Shown one piece after another: positions 9,602 through 20,864 of a stretch of DNA of 54,327 bases (position 1 is the first letter of the stretch; every line of letters starts with the position of its first letter). The notes beneath the pieces were generated by a model, which saw nothing but the letters and a program-made list of their open reading frames with translations, was not told the origin of the DNA and did no database searches. The DNA lies in NCBI GenBank assembly GCA_039798785.1, contig JBDKFG010000057.1:1-54327 (forward strand). The letters are read 5' to 3'. The position numbers and the translations under genes are program-made. The stretch is from Verrucomicrobiota bacterium (GTDB lineage: Bacteria > Verrucomicrobiota > Lentisphaeria > Lentisphaerales > Lentisphaeraceae).

Positions 9602-11427
9602 GCTGCCTGAGCAGGCAGCGGATCGAAGCCATCGCGGAAGGCTCGGACCCCGGCGAGGAGGAGCTGGCCCATCTCGACTCCTGCCCGAGCTGCCAGCAGC
9701 TCCTGGATGGCATCGACCGCCCCGTTCTTGAAAGACTGGTCCTGCCTGGCGGGACGCCGCAAGGATTGCGCTTCGGCTCCTACTCCAACTGCCGGGAGAT
9801 CGCCTGCGGAGCCATGTCTCTCGTCTACGTCGGCATCTCTTCAGACGGCTTGGAACGTGCGATCAAGGTCTGCCGGGAACAGGCCTATCTCAGCTCATTC
9901 GGCAACGAGGTGAAGATGCTGGCCCGCTGCGCCGAGGCGAACGTCCCGGGAGTCATCCCGCTGGTGGAGGCCCACCTCGAGCATCTTCCCGCCTTCATCG
10001 TCACTCCCTACTTTCCAGCCGGCACTCTTTCGGCGCGCCTCCAGGCCGGGCCGCTGGCGGCAGCGGACGTGAAGCCATTCGCCATGGCTCTTGCGACCAC
10101 GCTCGAGGCGCTTGCCAGGCTGCACATCGTCCATGGCGACCTCAAGGCCTCAAACATCCTCCTCGACGAGGAGGGAAGGCCTTGGCTCGCTGATCTCGGC
10201 GGAGCGCGCCGGGCGGCTTCGGTGCCAACCTCCAACTCCAGCCTCAACGGCCCTTGCCACATGAGCCTGGTGAGCATGTCTCCCGAACAGGCGCGGGGCG
10301 AGCCGCTGACCTCGGCGACGGACATCTTCTCCTTCGGCGCGATCCTCTACCAGGCCGCCACGGGACGCCATCCCTTCCTGGGGGGCACCACCTGGCAGGT
10401 GGCAGGCAGGATTCTGCATGAAGAAGCGCCGGATCCTTCGCCGCTGCTCCCGCCCGAGCTCGCTTCACTCACCCCCTTGCTGGAGGCTTGCCTCTCGAAA
10501 GATCCCGAGCATCGCCCGGACGCAAAAGAAATCCTGGATTTTTTGGAGTCATCAGCGGTCCGCAATGTAAGCAAAGCGAAAATCCCTGCAGTTCTGGTCG
10601 AGCCCTCCCCGGCTCAATCCGACAAGACCAAGAACAAATGGAGACTCATGATGATTGCCACCGGACTTCTCGCCACTTCGCTTCTGGCCTTTTCCCAGTT
10701 GAAGCCGCACGCCCCTGCGGCCCCGCCCAAGCTGGCGATCAGCTTCGCCGGTGACATGACTCCCGAGCAGATCCGCTTCTGCATCGAGGAGTTCCGCAAG
10801 CAGGGCATCGCCATCGCCGGCATCGAAAAGGTAGGGAATGACAAGTCCGGCCCTGCTCTCCCAGCCGTCAAAGCGCCAGATGACGGAGCAGAACGAATCA
10901 CTCGCCTCCTCCAGATGCCGGTCGCAAAGATCAAATATGACAATGCAAGCATTGAAGACGTGATCCAGGATCTCGTCCGTCAAAGCCGGGCTATCGATCC
11001 CGACAAGCGCGGCTTGAACGTCATCCTGGCACTTCCCGAAGGGAAGCAGGCTCAGAAGGTGAGTCTCGAGCTGGACAACATGCCTCTTGGCGAAGTCATT
11101 CGATTTGTCTGCAAGGCCGCAAACTACAAATTTCTGATCGATAATCAGTGTATCCGGATCACATCTCAAGAGGTTGACATCGGGGACACGGAAACCCGGT
11201 TTTATCCGGTTTCTCCCGCTTTGAGCAAGCGCTTCGTCGCGGCGGGTGACAAGCTGCAGGCTCTGTTCGGGCCTTTAGGGGCGCAGTTCGAGGGGAATGG
11301 CAGGAAGATGGTATTCGTCCCCTCCGTGAACAGACTGGTCGCGACTGGGACGCCGGACAGCCTCAGGAAGCTCGACGCAGCCCTGAATGACATGGAGAAA
11401 GCCAGCCTCGACGAAAAGTCCAGATAA
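9598..11427 (+). CDS. Membrane Ser/Thr protein kinase with an N-terminal HxxxCxxC zinc finger and a C-terminal STN/secretin-N-like domain
   Basis: 'HLDSCPSC'; kinase motifs 'AIKV', 'HGDLKASNILL', 'ADLG', 'MSPEQARG', 'TDIFSFG'; TM 'LMMIATGLLATSLLAF'; 'KVSLELDNMPLGEVIRFVC' and 'ETRFYPV'. Confidence 0.85.
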   Translation: MSCLSRQRIEAIAEGSDPGEEELAHLDSCPSCQQLLDGIDRPVLERLVLPGGTPQGLRFGSYSNCREIACGAMSLVYVGISSDGLERAIKVCREQAYLSSFGNEVKMLARCAEANVPGVIPLVEAHLEHLPAFIVTPYFPAGTLSARLQAGPLAAADVKPFAMALATTLEALARLHIVHGDLKASNILLDEEGRPWLADLGGARRAASVPTSNSSLNGPCHMSLVSMSPEQARGEPLTSATDIFSFGAILYQAATGRHPFLGGTTWQVAGRILHEEAPDPSPLLPPELASLTPLLEACLSKDPEHRPDAKEILDFLESSAVRNVSKAKIPAVLVEPSPAQSDKTKNKWRLMMIATGLLATSLLAFSQLKPHAPAAPPKLAISFAGDMTPEQIRFCIEEFRKQGIAIAGIEKVGNDKSGPALPAVKAPDDGAERITRLLQMPVAKIKYDNASIEDVIQDLVRQSRAIDPDKRGLNVILALPEGKQAQKVSLELDNMPLGEVIRFVCKAANYKFLIDNQCIRITSQEVDIGDTETRFYPVSPALSKRFVAAGDKLQALFGPLGAQFEGNGRKMVFVPSVNRLVATGTPDSLRKLDAALNDMEKASLDEKSR

Positions 11428-11507
11428 GCCGCATAACGAGTCGAATCACTGGGTTCGGGGCCTCGGCTCCGAACCAGGATTGACCCCCCCTTTTTCAAGC
11501 TGATTTT

Positions 11508-11894
11508 TCACCCTAGCACATCCTCGCCGAGAAGCTGCCGGGCCAGGGCGTCGTCGGAGGTGACGAGGCTGACGATGCAGGATTCCGGGTCGCTGTGGAT
11601 GGTCGAGATCGAGCGCAGGTCGAGCTTGTTTTCATCGAGGCGGAGGGCGAGGCGGGCGAGGGCGCCGGGGCGGTTGGGGACGCGCACCAGCAGGGCTTCG
11701 CGTGGCAAGGCGTCGAAGCCGGCGGCGTGAAGGAGCTGCAGAGCCAGGGTGTCGTCATTGGTGGAGAGATGGAGCAGGGCCTGGCCGGCGCTGGTCTGGC
11801 CCCAGGTGTTGTGCAGGTCGAGATTGGCACCCGCGAGAATGACGGTGATCTTGGCCAGGAGGCCGGGGCGGTCGGGGGCGATGACAGTGATCAT
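11508..11894 (-). CDS. Tandem ACT-domain protein
   Basis: Start MITVIAPDRPGLLA; second ACT 'VPNRPGALARLA'. The start codon overlaps the hdc stop codon. Confidence 0.85.
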   Translation of the reverse strand: MITVIAPDRPGLLAKITVILAGANLDLHNTWGQTSAGQALLHLSTNDDTLALQLLHAAGFDALPREALLVRVPNRPGALARLALRLDENKLDLRSISTIHSDPESCIVSLVTSDDALARQLLGEDVLG

Positions 11895-13024
11895 TTGGGA
11901 CTCTCCGGGGTCTGAATGGCGGCGAGGTAATCGGTGAAAAAGGCTTCCAGGGCGTCGCGGGTGACGCCGGGCATGGTGATCAGGTGCGAGTGCTCTTTGG
12001 TGCTGGCGATCTGCCAGCGTTCGCGCACCGATTCCGGCACCGGCGGGATGACGACGGTGAGGGCATTGGGGTTGCGCCAGGCGGGAATGCCGAGCTCGGC
12101 GCAGCGCTGAACCGTCCACTCCGCCATCGCCAGAGCGGCTTGAGCGCGTTGACGCAGGCCCTCGATGCCGAGGCTGCGGATGCGATGCCAGAGGATCAGG
12201 GGCGAGTGGCCGTTGCGCGAGCCAGTGACGGTGGTGTCGATGTTGCCGATGTAGGCGATCGAACGGCCGATGCGGTCGACATTGGCCTTGCGGGCAAGGA
12301 CGAGGCCGCAGGGGAAGGGCGAGCCCATGAACTTGTGGCCGGAGACCGAGATCGAGTCGGCGCCGTCGGCGAAGTCGAAGGGGATGCGCGGCTCGACGAA
12401 GGGCAGATAGCCGCCGGAGAGAGCGGCGTCGGAATGGATGTAGCTGCTCGGGATGGCCAGCTCGTCGATCATCCGGCGGATCGCCGCGATGTCGTCGCGG
12501 CCTTCGGTGACCGTGGTGCCGATGTTGGCGAAGATGATCGGCGGGGCGTCGCGGTGGATGCGCAGAGTCTCGCGCAGGTCGTCCAGGTCCATCGCGCCGG
12601 AAGGCAGGGAGCGGATCATGATCGAGCGCATGCCGAGGAAGTGGAGGTTCTTGGCGACCGAATAATGCGATTCCCGCGAATAGTAGACGACGCCTTTGGG
12701 GTGGAGTTCGCGAGCGAGATAGAGTCCGTAAAGGTTGCCCTCGGTGCCGCCGTTGGTGACGTAGCCCCACCAGGCCTTCGGCGGGGCGCGGAAGAGCTCG
12801 GCGAAGAACTCCAGCACTTCGCGCTCGAAGTCGCGGCTGTCGACCTTCCAGGTTCCGGTGTGAAAGGGGTCGCCGATGTTGTTGAATAGCACCTCGAAGA
12901 AGGGCAGCAGGTCCTTGCTTCCGAAGTCGCGGCTGCAAGGGTAGCCGAGGACGTGATCCTGCAGATGGCGGGTGCGTTGCAGGAGCGCATCGAGGCGCTC
13001 CTGGTCTGAGGCGGAGAGAGGCAT
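11891..13024 (-). CDS. hdc: PLP-dependent histidine decarboxylase-like enzyme (group II)
   Basis: 'NNIGDPF', 'WGYVTNGGTEGNLYGLYLARE', 'HYSVAK', 'HSDAALSG', 'SISVSGHKF' (PLP lysine), 'TGSRNGH'. Confidence 0.85.
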   Translation of the reverse strand: MPLSASDQERLDALLQRTRHLQDHVLGYPCSRDFGSKDLLPFFEVLFNNIGDPFHTGTWKVDSRDFEREVLEFFAELFRAPPKAWWGYVTNGGTEGNLYGLYLARELHPKGVVYYSRESHYSVAKNLHFLGMRSIMIRSLPSGAMDLDDLRETLRIHRDAPPIIFANIGTTVTEGRDDIAAIRRMIDELAIPSSYIHSDAALSGGYLPFVEPRIPFDFADGADSISVSGHKFMGSPFPCGLVLARKANVDRIGRSIAYIGNIDTTVTGSRNGHSPLILWHRIRSLGIEGLRQRAQAALAMAEWTVQRCAELGIPAWRNPNALTVVIPPVPESVRERWQIASTKEHSHLITMPGVTRDALEAFFTDYLAAIQTPESPK

Positions 13025-13137
13025 GTTGAGTCCTGTTTTTGTGCTGAAGTCCTATAAGCTAGAATCTTCTGATTTTTATGACAGATGACCGCTCGGCCAA
13101 TCGGGAAAATTTTTTCCGGAAAACTGCCAGAGCCGGC

Positions 13138-13165
13138 TTGACGCTTCCATCATCATCGCTAACTT
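13138..13165 (+). promoter_or_regulatory. Putative sigma-70 promoter of tRNA-Asp
   Basis: TTGACG, 16 bp, TAACTT. Confidence 0.55.
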
Positions 13166-13206
13166 CAAACCCGTTCCGCCCCCCGGCGGGATGCACCCAA
13201 AGAAGC

Positions 13207-13283
13207 GGGGTGGTAGCTCAATCGGTTAGAGCGCCTGCCTGTCACGCAGGAGGTTGCGGGTTCGATTCCCGTCCGTCCCGCCA
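13207..13283 (+). tRNA. tRNA-Asp (GTC)
   Basis: Acceptor GGGGTGG/CCGTCCC, anticodon arm CCTGC-CTGTCAC-GCAGG, TTCGA T-loop, encoded CCA. Confidence 0.97.
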
Positions 13284-13290
13284 TGAAATT

Positions 13291-13325
13291 TCACCCGCAC
13301 GAGACCCGTGCGGGTGATTCTTTTT
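13291..13325 (+). terminator. Rho-independent terminator after tRNA-Asp
   Basis: TCACCCGCACG-agacc-CGTGCGGGTGA followed by TTCTTTTT. Confidence 0.85.
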
Positions 13326-13369
13326 GGCAGGATTGAGCACGAATCAAGCCCAGCAGAGGCGGCAGGATG

Positions 13370-13448
13370 GCCACAAAAGACACAAGGGTCACAAAAAGCG
13401 GGATGGGCCTGGAGTCGAGTTCTTTGTGTTCTTTGTGCCTTTTGTGGC
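13370..13448. repeat. Miniature inverted-repeat element built from CACAAxxxx nonamers
   Basis: GCCACAAAAGACACAAGGGTCACAAA ... TTTGTGTTCTTTGTGCCTTTTGTGGC. Confidence 0.7.
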
Positions 13449-13534
13449 AAAAGCCGGCTATCTGATTTGCGCTGACTTTCAAGCTCGCTTTCCCGCTTCA
13501 TAGTCTCGGGACAACCCAGCCCCGAGGAATCCCC

Positions 13535-14500
13535 ATGCGCATCCGTCCCCGCCGCAACCGCCAGTCTGCCTTCGTCCGCGATCTCGTCCGCGAACACCAG
13601 GTGAACGCCGAAGACCTGGTTCTGCCCTGCTTCCTCGTCCCCGGGGAAGGCCGGCGCATCCCGGTGAAATCGATGCCCGGCATCGAGCGCCTCAGCCTCG
13701 ACCTGCTCCTGACCGAACTGCGTGAACTCGTCCCCCTCGGGCTCCGCGCCATCGCCCCCTTCCCCGCCATCGATGACGCCAAGAAGGACGCCTTCGCCCG
13801 CGAGTCGCTCAATCCCGACAACCTCTACCTGCACGCCATCCGCGCCATCAAGAAGGAATTCCCCGAACTGGTGATCTTCGCCGACGTCGCGATGGATCCC
13901 TATTCCTCCGACGGCCACGACGGCCTCGTCCGCGACGGCCAGATCCTCAACGACGAAACCCTGCCCATCCTCGCCGCCATGGCGGTCGAAATGGCCCGCG
14001 CCGGCGCCGATTTCGTCGCCCCCTCGGACATGATGGACGGCCGCGTCGCCACCATCCGCGACGCCCTCGACGCCGCCGGCTTCACCCAGACCGGCATCAT
14101 GAGCTACTGCGCCAAATACGCCTCCGCCTTCTACGGACCCTTCCGCGACGCCCTCGACTCGGCCCCCCGCAGCGGCGACAAAAAAACCTATCAGATGGAC
14201 CCCGCCAACCGCCGAGAAGCCCGCCGCGAACTCGCCCTCGACCTCGCCGAAGGCGCCGACATGGTGATGGTCAAGCCCGGCCTGCCCTATCTCGACGTCG
14301 TCGCCGATCTCGCCGCCCATTCGGACGTGCCGGTCACCGTCTACAACGTCTCCGGCGAATACGCGATGGTGAAAGCCGCCGCCGCGAACGGCTGGATCGA
14401 CGAGAAACGCGTCATCGCCGAAAGCCTTCTCGCCTTCAAACGCGCCGGCGCCTCGCTGATCTTCAGCTACCACACTGCGGAGTGGCTGAGGGGGAAGTGA
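13535..14500 (+). CDS. hemB: Porphobilinogen synthase (ALA dehydratase)
   Basis: 'RPRRNR', 'DVAMDPYSSDGHDG' (Asp-rich, Zn-independent type), 'APSDMMDGRV', 'FYGPFRDA', 'MVKPGLPYLD', 'YNVSGEYAM'. Confidence 0.97.
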   Translation: MRIRPRRNRQSAFVRDLVREHQVNAEDLVLPCFLVPGEGRRIPVKSMPGIERLSLDLLLTELRELVPLGLRAIAPFPAIDDAKKDAFARESLNPDNLYLHAIRAIKKEFPELVIFADVAMDPYSSDGHDGLVRDGQILNDETLPILAAMAVEMARAGADFVAPSDMMDGRVATIRDALDAAGFTQTGIMSYCAKYASAFYGPFRDALDSAPRSGDKKTYQMDPANRREARRELALDLAEGADMVMVKPGLPYLDVVADLAAHSDVPVTVYNVSGEYAMVKAAAANGWIDEKRVIAESLLAFKRAGASLIFSYHTAEWLRGK

Positions 14501-14510
14501 GGAGTTCTGA

Positions 14511-14714
14511 ATGAAGCGTTATTTTGCCATAATTGAATTCCCTTTGTTTATCAGCTCGATCTCGGCTGGATTGGGATTATTGATTGGGATATCTGCGTGG
14601 GTGCGGCATGGCCACGTCACTTGGGTCTCTGTGGTCGGAGCTTGCATGTGTGTTCCATTACTGCTTATCTTGTTATGGATCTGGTTGGCAAAAAAATCTA
14701 CACTAGAGAAATAG
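14511..14714 (+). CDS. Small two-TM membrane protein, AT-rich
   Basis: RBS GAGGAG, two hydrophobic segments, lower GC than the flanks. Confidence 0.55.
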   Translation: MKRYFAIIEFPLFISSISAGLGLLIGISAWVRHGHVTWVSVVGACMCVPLLLILLWIWLAKKSTLEK

Positions 14715-14861
14715 CCCCCCGCCGGTCTGGAGCCAAGCAGATATCGATACACATCAATCATCTGGCGGAACACATCTGGCTAGCGATCCCGAGAACAACA
14801 TGAGCGGCATTGCTGCGCTAAGATCGACACATGACATGAAGCCCCAACATCAAGGATCACG

Positions 14862-15875
14862 ATGAACGATTCTCTGAACCTCGCCGTCAACAAGTTGCTG
14901 AGAGTGGTCAACGCGCATCGTGGACGAGAGCTGACGCCAGCTCTGCGCGAGGCGTTGAATGAATTCGTCCTTCTTGAAGGTCCGGATGCCAGTGAAAAAA
15001 CAGCACGAATTTGTGGGATGCTGGCTGATGTGACTTCTGCTAGTGGAGCCGGGATTTTAGCGACTTGGCTAGGTGCTGGAGTCGAACGCGGAGCAGACCC
15101 GTCCCCCCAAGTGCGTCCTCTGCTCGACTGCTTTTTACGCTTTGCTCGTCAGGTAAAACCATCAGAGCTCGATTCAGAGGAAGATCTCGACGATGATTTA
15201 TCCGTGGGATTGGAGCTTCTCGGCCAGGGACTTGTGGCACATCTATCGCGAGATGAGCAGTGTCTGAGGATTGTTCGAGTAGATTTGGAAGCGGTAGCGG
15301 AGCTGGAGCGAGTGGAAGCCTACTCGGTCGGACCGATGTGGGTCTTGGAGTTGATCCGAAAAGTGAGCGGCTCTTTGATCGTGCTGCATGGAACGCAGCC
15401 CATTGGGGCCCGAGTAGAGTACCGCAACATCAGCAATTGCTTCCACTTGTTCACTCTGTTGCAGGCCGCTTTGGTGAAGACCATGCCTGATGCCGGCAAG
15501 CTTTCTCAACAAGCCCTCGCCGTGGCGCGCGGAGAATCCCTTGAGCCCTGTTCTGACCAAGCTTGGTGGCATTACGGCCAACCGCTAAGCGGCACTCCGG
15601 ACCTGTCGACCATGGTCTACGGAGAGCAGAGTCCACAGGATATTGGTTCAATCGACGGGCAACAAGTTCTCCTCATTTGGCCGCAAACTTTGAAATCCAG
15701 ATCCTGGGATGCTGGATTTTTCGGGCCTGTGTTGCTGGCCGCACCTGCCGAAGTCAAATTGATCGAACCTTTGACTGCCGCGGAAGTCGCAAAATGGCGA
15801 CTCCGAATCGGGCTTCCCAGCTCCAAGATAACATCCAAGAACCCGTGGTGGATGCCTTGGAGAAAATCGGAGTGA
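14862..15875 (+). CDS. Hypothetical protein with a C-terminal 'KxPWWxxW' motif
   Basis: 337-aa ORF with RBS AAGGA, lower GC, ending KNPWWMPWRKSE. Confidence 0.7.
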   Translation: MNDSLNLAVNKLLRVVNAHRGRELTPALREALNEFVLLEGPDASEKTARICGMLADVTSASGAGILATWLGAGVERGADPSPQVRPLLDCFLRFARQVKPSELDSEEDLDDDLSVGLELLGQGLVAHLSRDEQCLRIVRVDLEAVAELERVEAYSVGPMWVLELIRKVSGSLIVLHGTQPIGARVEYRNISNCFHLFTLLQAALVKTMPDAGKLSQQALAVARGESLEPCSDQAWWHYGQPLSGTPDLSTMVYGEQSPQDIGSIDGQQVLLIWPQTLKSRSWDAGFFGPVLLAAPAEVKLIEPLTAAEVAKWRLRIGLPSSKITSKNPWWMPWRKSE

Positions 15876-16105
15876 AGGGCTTTTTGTATCCGATCCTCCT
15901 CACCCTGCCCGCCTTCGCCCTGCCGCAAAACGGCCCTTTCGAAGCCAAGGCCAAGCCGCCGGTCGTGCCGCTGCAAGAGCTTAAGTGGCAGGCGCCCAAG
16001 GACGCGGCGCAGCCGATCCTCATCCCGCTGGCGGGCGGACAACAACTGGAGATCGCGCCGGCGCCGGAAAACAAGAATGATGACGAACCTGAAACCAGGG
16101 TGTAG
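15872..16105 (+). pseudogene. Short signal-peptide-bearing ORF, possibly truncated by a repeat element
   Basis: GTGA overlap with the upstream stop; reads MKGFLYPILLTLPAFA...; the stop TAG lies inside the repeat that starts at 16095. Confidence 0.4.
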
Positions 16106-16306
16106 CGACGAGGCACGAGTCGCAAACCCTGGGTAAGGGAGAAAATCGACCGGAGCCCCAGAGGGGCGAGCAGAATGCGCGTGATTGACGCGGATGATCT
16201 CTGGACGCCCCTCCGGGGCTAGAATCGACTCGGTATTCCACCCAGGGTTTGCCCTCGTCCCTCGGGCTACACCCTGGGCTATCTGCTGGCTGCCCCTCCG
16301 GGGCAA
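16095..16306. repeat. REP/MITE-like palindromic element (CCCAGGG/GCCCC-GGGGC family), copy 1
   Basis: 16095-16134 is identical over 40 bp to 36540-36579. Internal inverted halves CCAGGGTGTAGC.../...GCTACACCCTGGG and GCCCC..GGGGC hairpins. Confidence 0.85.
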
Positions 16307-16381
16307 GAGGATGAGGCAATCTCGAGACTTGCACAGGTCGAACTCTTTTGCTGGCACTCACGAGACGGCGCCTCGCCGTTA

Positions 16382-18481
<2,100 letters not shown>

Positions 18482-18539
18482 GAAGTCAACGGGGTTGGTG
18501 GCTGAGGTTCGGGAGCGGCGAAGAGGGCGGATCAGAGAC

Positions 18540-19928
18540 TCAGCCGCTTCCCGTTGCTGAGCCGTGGTCGCTTGCGATCTGCCGGCGGAAGAGCCCGGCT
18601 GCCGCGACCAAGGCCAGAGGCGAGACGCAGGAGGTGACGAGATAATAGACCCAGCTGGGCTGGCCCTGCGGCAGAAGCAGAAGGGCGGCGAGAATCTGTG
18701 CGCCGAGGATCGAGCCCAGGGTCCAGGGCAGGGGCAGGTGAGGCCGCCCGAGGCCCTGGAAGGCGAAGTTGACGATGATCAGCGCCGGCACCGCGACGAC
18801 ATGGAGGAAGGCGGCGCGGAAATACAGCCTGCCTTCGGCAAGGAAGACGGGGTCATCGGGAGAGAAGAGGCGATGCCAGAGGGGCGGCGCCAAGGCCATC
18901 AAGGCGGCGATCAGGATCGAGCCAAGGAGCGTCAGCTTGAGGGCGAAGTCGAAGGCTTCCCTGGCCCGCTTTGGCCGTCCGGCGCCGTGGGCGGCGGCGA
19001 TGATGATCATGGTGGCGGCGCCGAGGGGCACGGCGAGCTGGATCAGGCAGAGCTCGAAGCGCCGGGCGTAGGAATAGGCGTCCATCAAGGAGAGTCCGCG
19101 AGGAGCAAGGAGATGCTGGACGAGGCCGATGCCGACGTTGGTGGCGAGCGGTACGGCGGCGGCGGTCAAGGCGGCGGCGAGGATGAAGCGCCGCTGGCTG
19201 GCCGGGGACGGCGCATGGCGGGCGAGGCCGGCGGGACGGAGCAGGTCGCGCCAGATCAGGAGGGCGAGAAGGCTGTAGGCGGCGACGGTGGAGAGGGCGG
19301 CGCCGCGGATGCCGGCGCCGAGGCAGAGGCCGGAGAGCTCAAGGGGGCCGAGCTGGAACTCGCTCCAGACGACGAAAGGTTTGGCGAGGCCGTCGAGAGT
19401 CATCACGGCGAGGGCGTAGATCGCCGGGCGTTTGGCTTCGCCGCTGCCGCGGAGGGCGGCGGAGCCGACGGCGCCAAGCGCGGAGAGGCCGAGCAGGGGG
19501 AAGTAGCAGCGGCAGTAGTCGAGGGCGAGGGCGCTCGCTTCGGCGGAGGCTTCGACCCCGGCCCCGGCAAGAAGGCGGGGGCCGGCGGCGAGCACGGTGG
19601 CGGCGGCAAGACAGCCGGCGAAGAAGGCGAGAAGCGCGCCGTCGCGCAGGGCTCGGGAGGCTTCGGCAAGACGCCCGCTAGGAGCGTGGCGGGCCACCGC
19701 CGCGGCGGTGGCGGTGCCGAGGCCGCCGTAGAGGAGGGCCGTGCTGAAGGTGAGGACCGGCAGCACCAAGCTCATGGCGCTGCGGTGGGCGGGGCTGAGA
19801 CGGGAGACGATCCAGGCGTCGAGAAAGGCGAAGAAGACGCTGGCCGACATCACCGCCAGCATCGGCAGGGCCAGTCCGGCAAGGACGCGCGGAACGCTGT
19901 CCTCAAGAAGGGACGCGGGGGACTTCAC
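18540..19928 (-). CDS. MATE-family efflux transporter
   Basis: Multi-TM; 'LAGLALPM', 'LDAWIVSRL', 'ALRGSGEAKRP', 'GIRGAALST'. Start is uncertain (GTG at 19928). Confidence 0.85.
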   Translation of the reverse strand: MKSPASLLEDSVPRVLAGLALPMLAVMSASVFFAFLDAWIVSRLSPAHRSAMSLVLPVLTFSTALLYGGLGTATAAAVARHAPSGRLAEASRALRDGALLAFFAGCLAAATVLAAGPRLLAGAGVEASAEASALALDYCRCYFPLLGLSALGAVGSAALRGSGEAKRPAIYALAVMTLDGLAKPFVVWSEFQLGPLELSGLCLGAGIRGAALSTVAAYSLLALLIWRDLLRPAGLARHAPSPASQRRFILAAALTAAAVPLATNVGIGLVQHLLAPRGLSLMDAYSYARRFELCLIQLAVPLGAATMIIIAAAHGAGRPKRAREAFDFALKLTLLGSILIAALMALAPPLWHRLFSPDDPVFLAEGRLYFRAAFLHVVAVPALIIVNFAFQGLGRPHLPLPWTLGSILGAQILAALLLLPQGQPSWVYYLVTSCVSPLALVAAAGLFRRQIASDHGSATGSG

Positions 19929-20138
19929 GGGGGCGCCGCGAGGCTGGAGCGGACGACAGGCATCAGGGCTTCTCTCCGGATTGCGATTCCCTGCGAATCT
20001 AATCCTCATTGGCTCAAAACCCGGGGGGCTTCACAAAAATGCGATGCGCAGCCTTGAGGGCGAAAGGCCGGAGGGAAGGCAAGAAGGCGAAGGAGGGGCT
20101 GAGCCCGCTTCGCCTTCTGGACGCGCGTTGGGTTTTCT

Positions 20139-20864
20139 TCAGGGCAGGAGTTTTTTGATTTCCGGGACGAGGGCATCGGCCCAGATCTGGTAGCCCTTGG
20201 CTCGGGGATGGAGCAGGTCGGGCATGATCTCCTTGTGGAGGATGCCTTCTTTGTCGAGGAAGAGGCTGTTCATGTCCTTGTAGGTGACGAAATCCATCTT
20301 AGCGGGGAAGCCGGAGATGATCCGGTTGATCTCGTCGTTGATCTTCCGGGCCGCATCATCGGGTTTGGCGCTGCGGGGGAGGATGGAGCAGAGGAGGACC
20401 TTCGAGCCGGGGCATTTGGCGTGGTATTCCGCCAGGATCTTCTCGATGCCGGCGGCGGTTTCCACGGCCGCCTGCTTGTGGTGGCCGGTGTTGTTGGTGC
20501 CGATCATCAGGACCGCGAGCTTGGGCTTCAGCCCTTCGAGTTCGCCGTTGGCGAAGCGCCAGAGAACATGTTCGGTGCGGTCGCCGCCGAAGCCGAGGTT
20601 GAGGGTTTTCCAGCCCGAAAAGCTGGCTTCAAAGGCTTTTTTGCCAGCGCTTTCCCATCCCTGGGTGATGGAGTCGCCGATGAAAACGATTTCGGTGGCG
20701 GGATCGAGTTTTTTCAGCACCGCTTCGTGGCGGGTTTTCCACCAGCCTTCTTTCAGCCGTTCGGCCGGGGCGGTCGCGGTGTTGGCCTGGGCGGCGGGAG
20801 CCGGGGCGCTTTCGGCGGCCAAGGGGTTGGCAAGTTGAAGCAGGGCGGCGAGGACGAAGGACAT
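20139..20864 (-). CDS. Secreted SGNH/GDSL esterase (PAF-acetylhydrolase-like)
   Basis: 'FIGDSITQGW', 'GFGGDRTEHVLWR', 'MIGTNN', 'MPDLLHP'; RBS AAGGAG before ATG 20864. Confidence 0.92.
   Translation of the reverse strand: MSFVLAALLQLANPLAAESAPAPAAQANTATAPAERLKEGWWKTRHEAVLKKLDPATEIVFIGDSITQGWESAGKKAFEASFSGWKTLNLGFGGDRTEHVLWRFANGELEGLKPKLAVLMIGTNNTGHHKQAAVETAAGIEKILAEYHAKCPGSKVLLCSILPRSAKPDDAARKINDEINRIISGFPAKMDFVTYKDMNSLFLDKEGILHKEIMPDLLHPRAKGYQIWADALVPEIKKLLP

Noticed and set aside
14501..15875. Integron gene cassettes
   Set aside because: No convincing RYYYAAC...GTTRRRY attC structure and no integron integrase.
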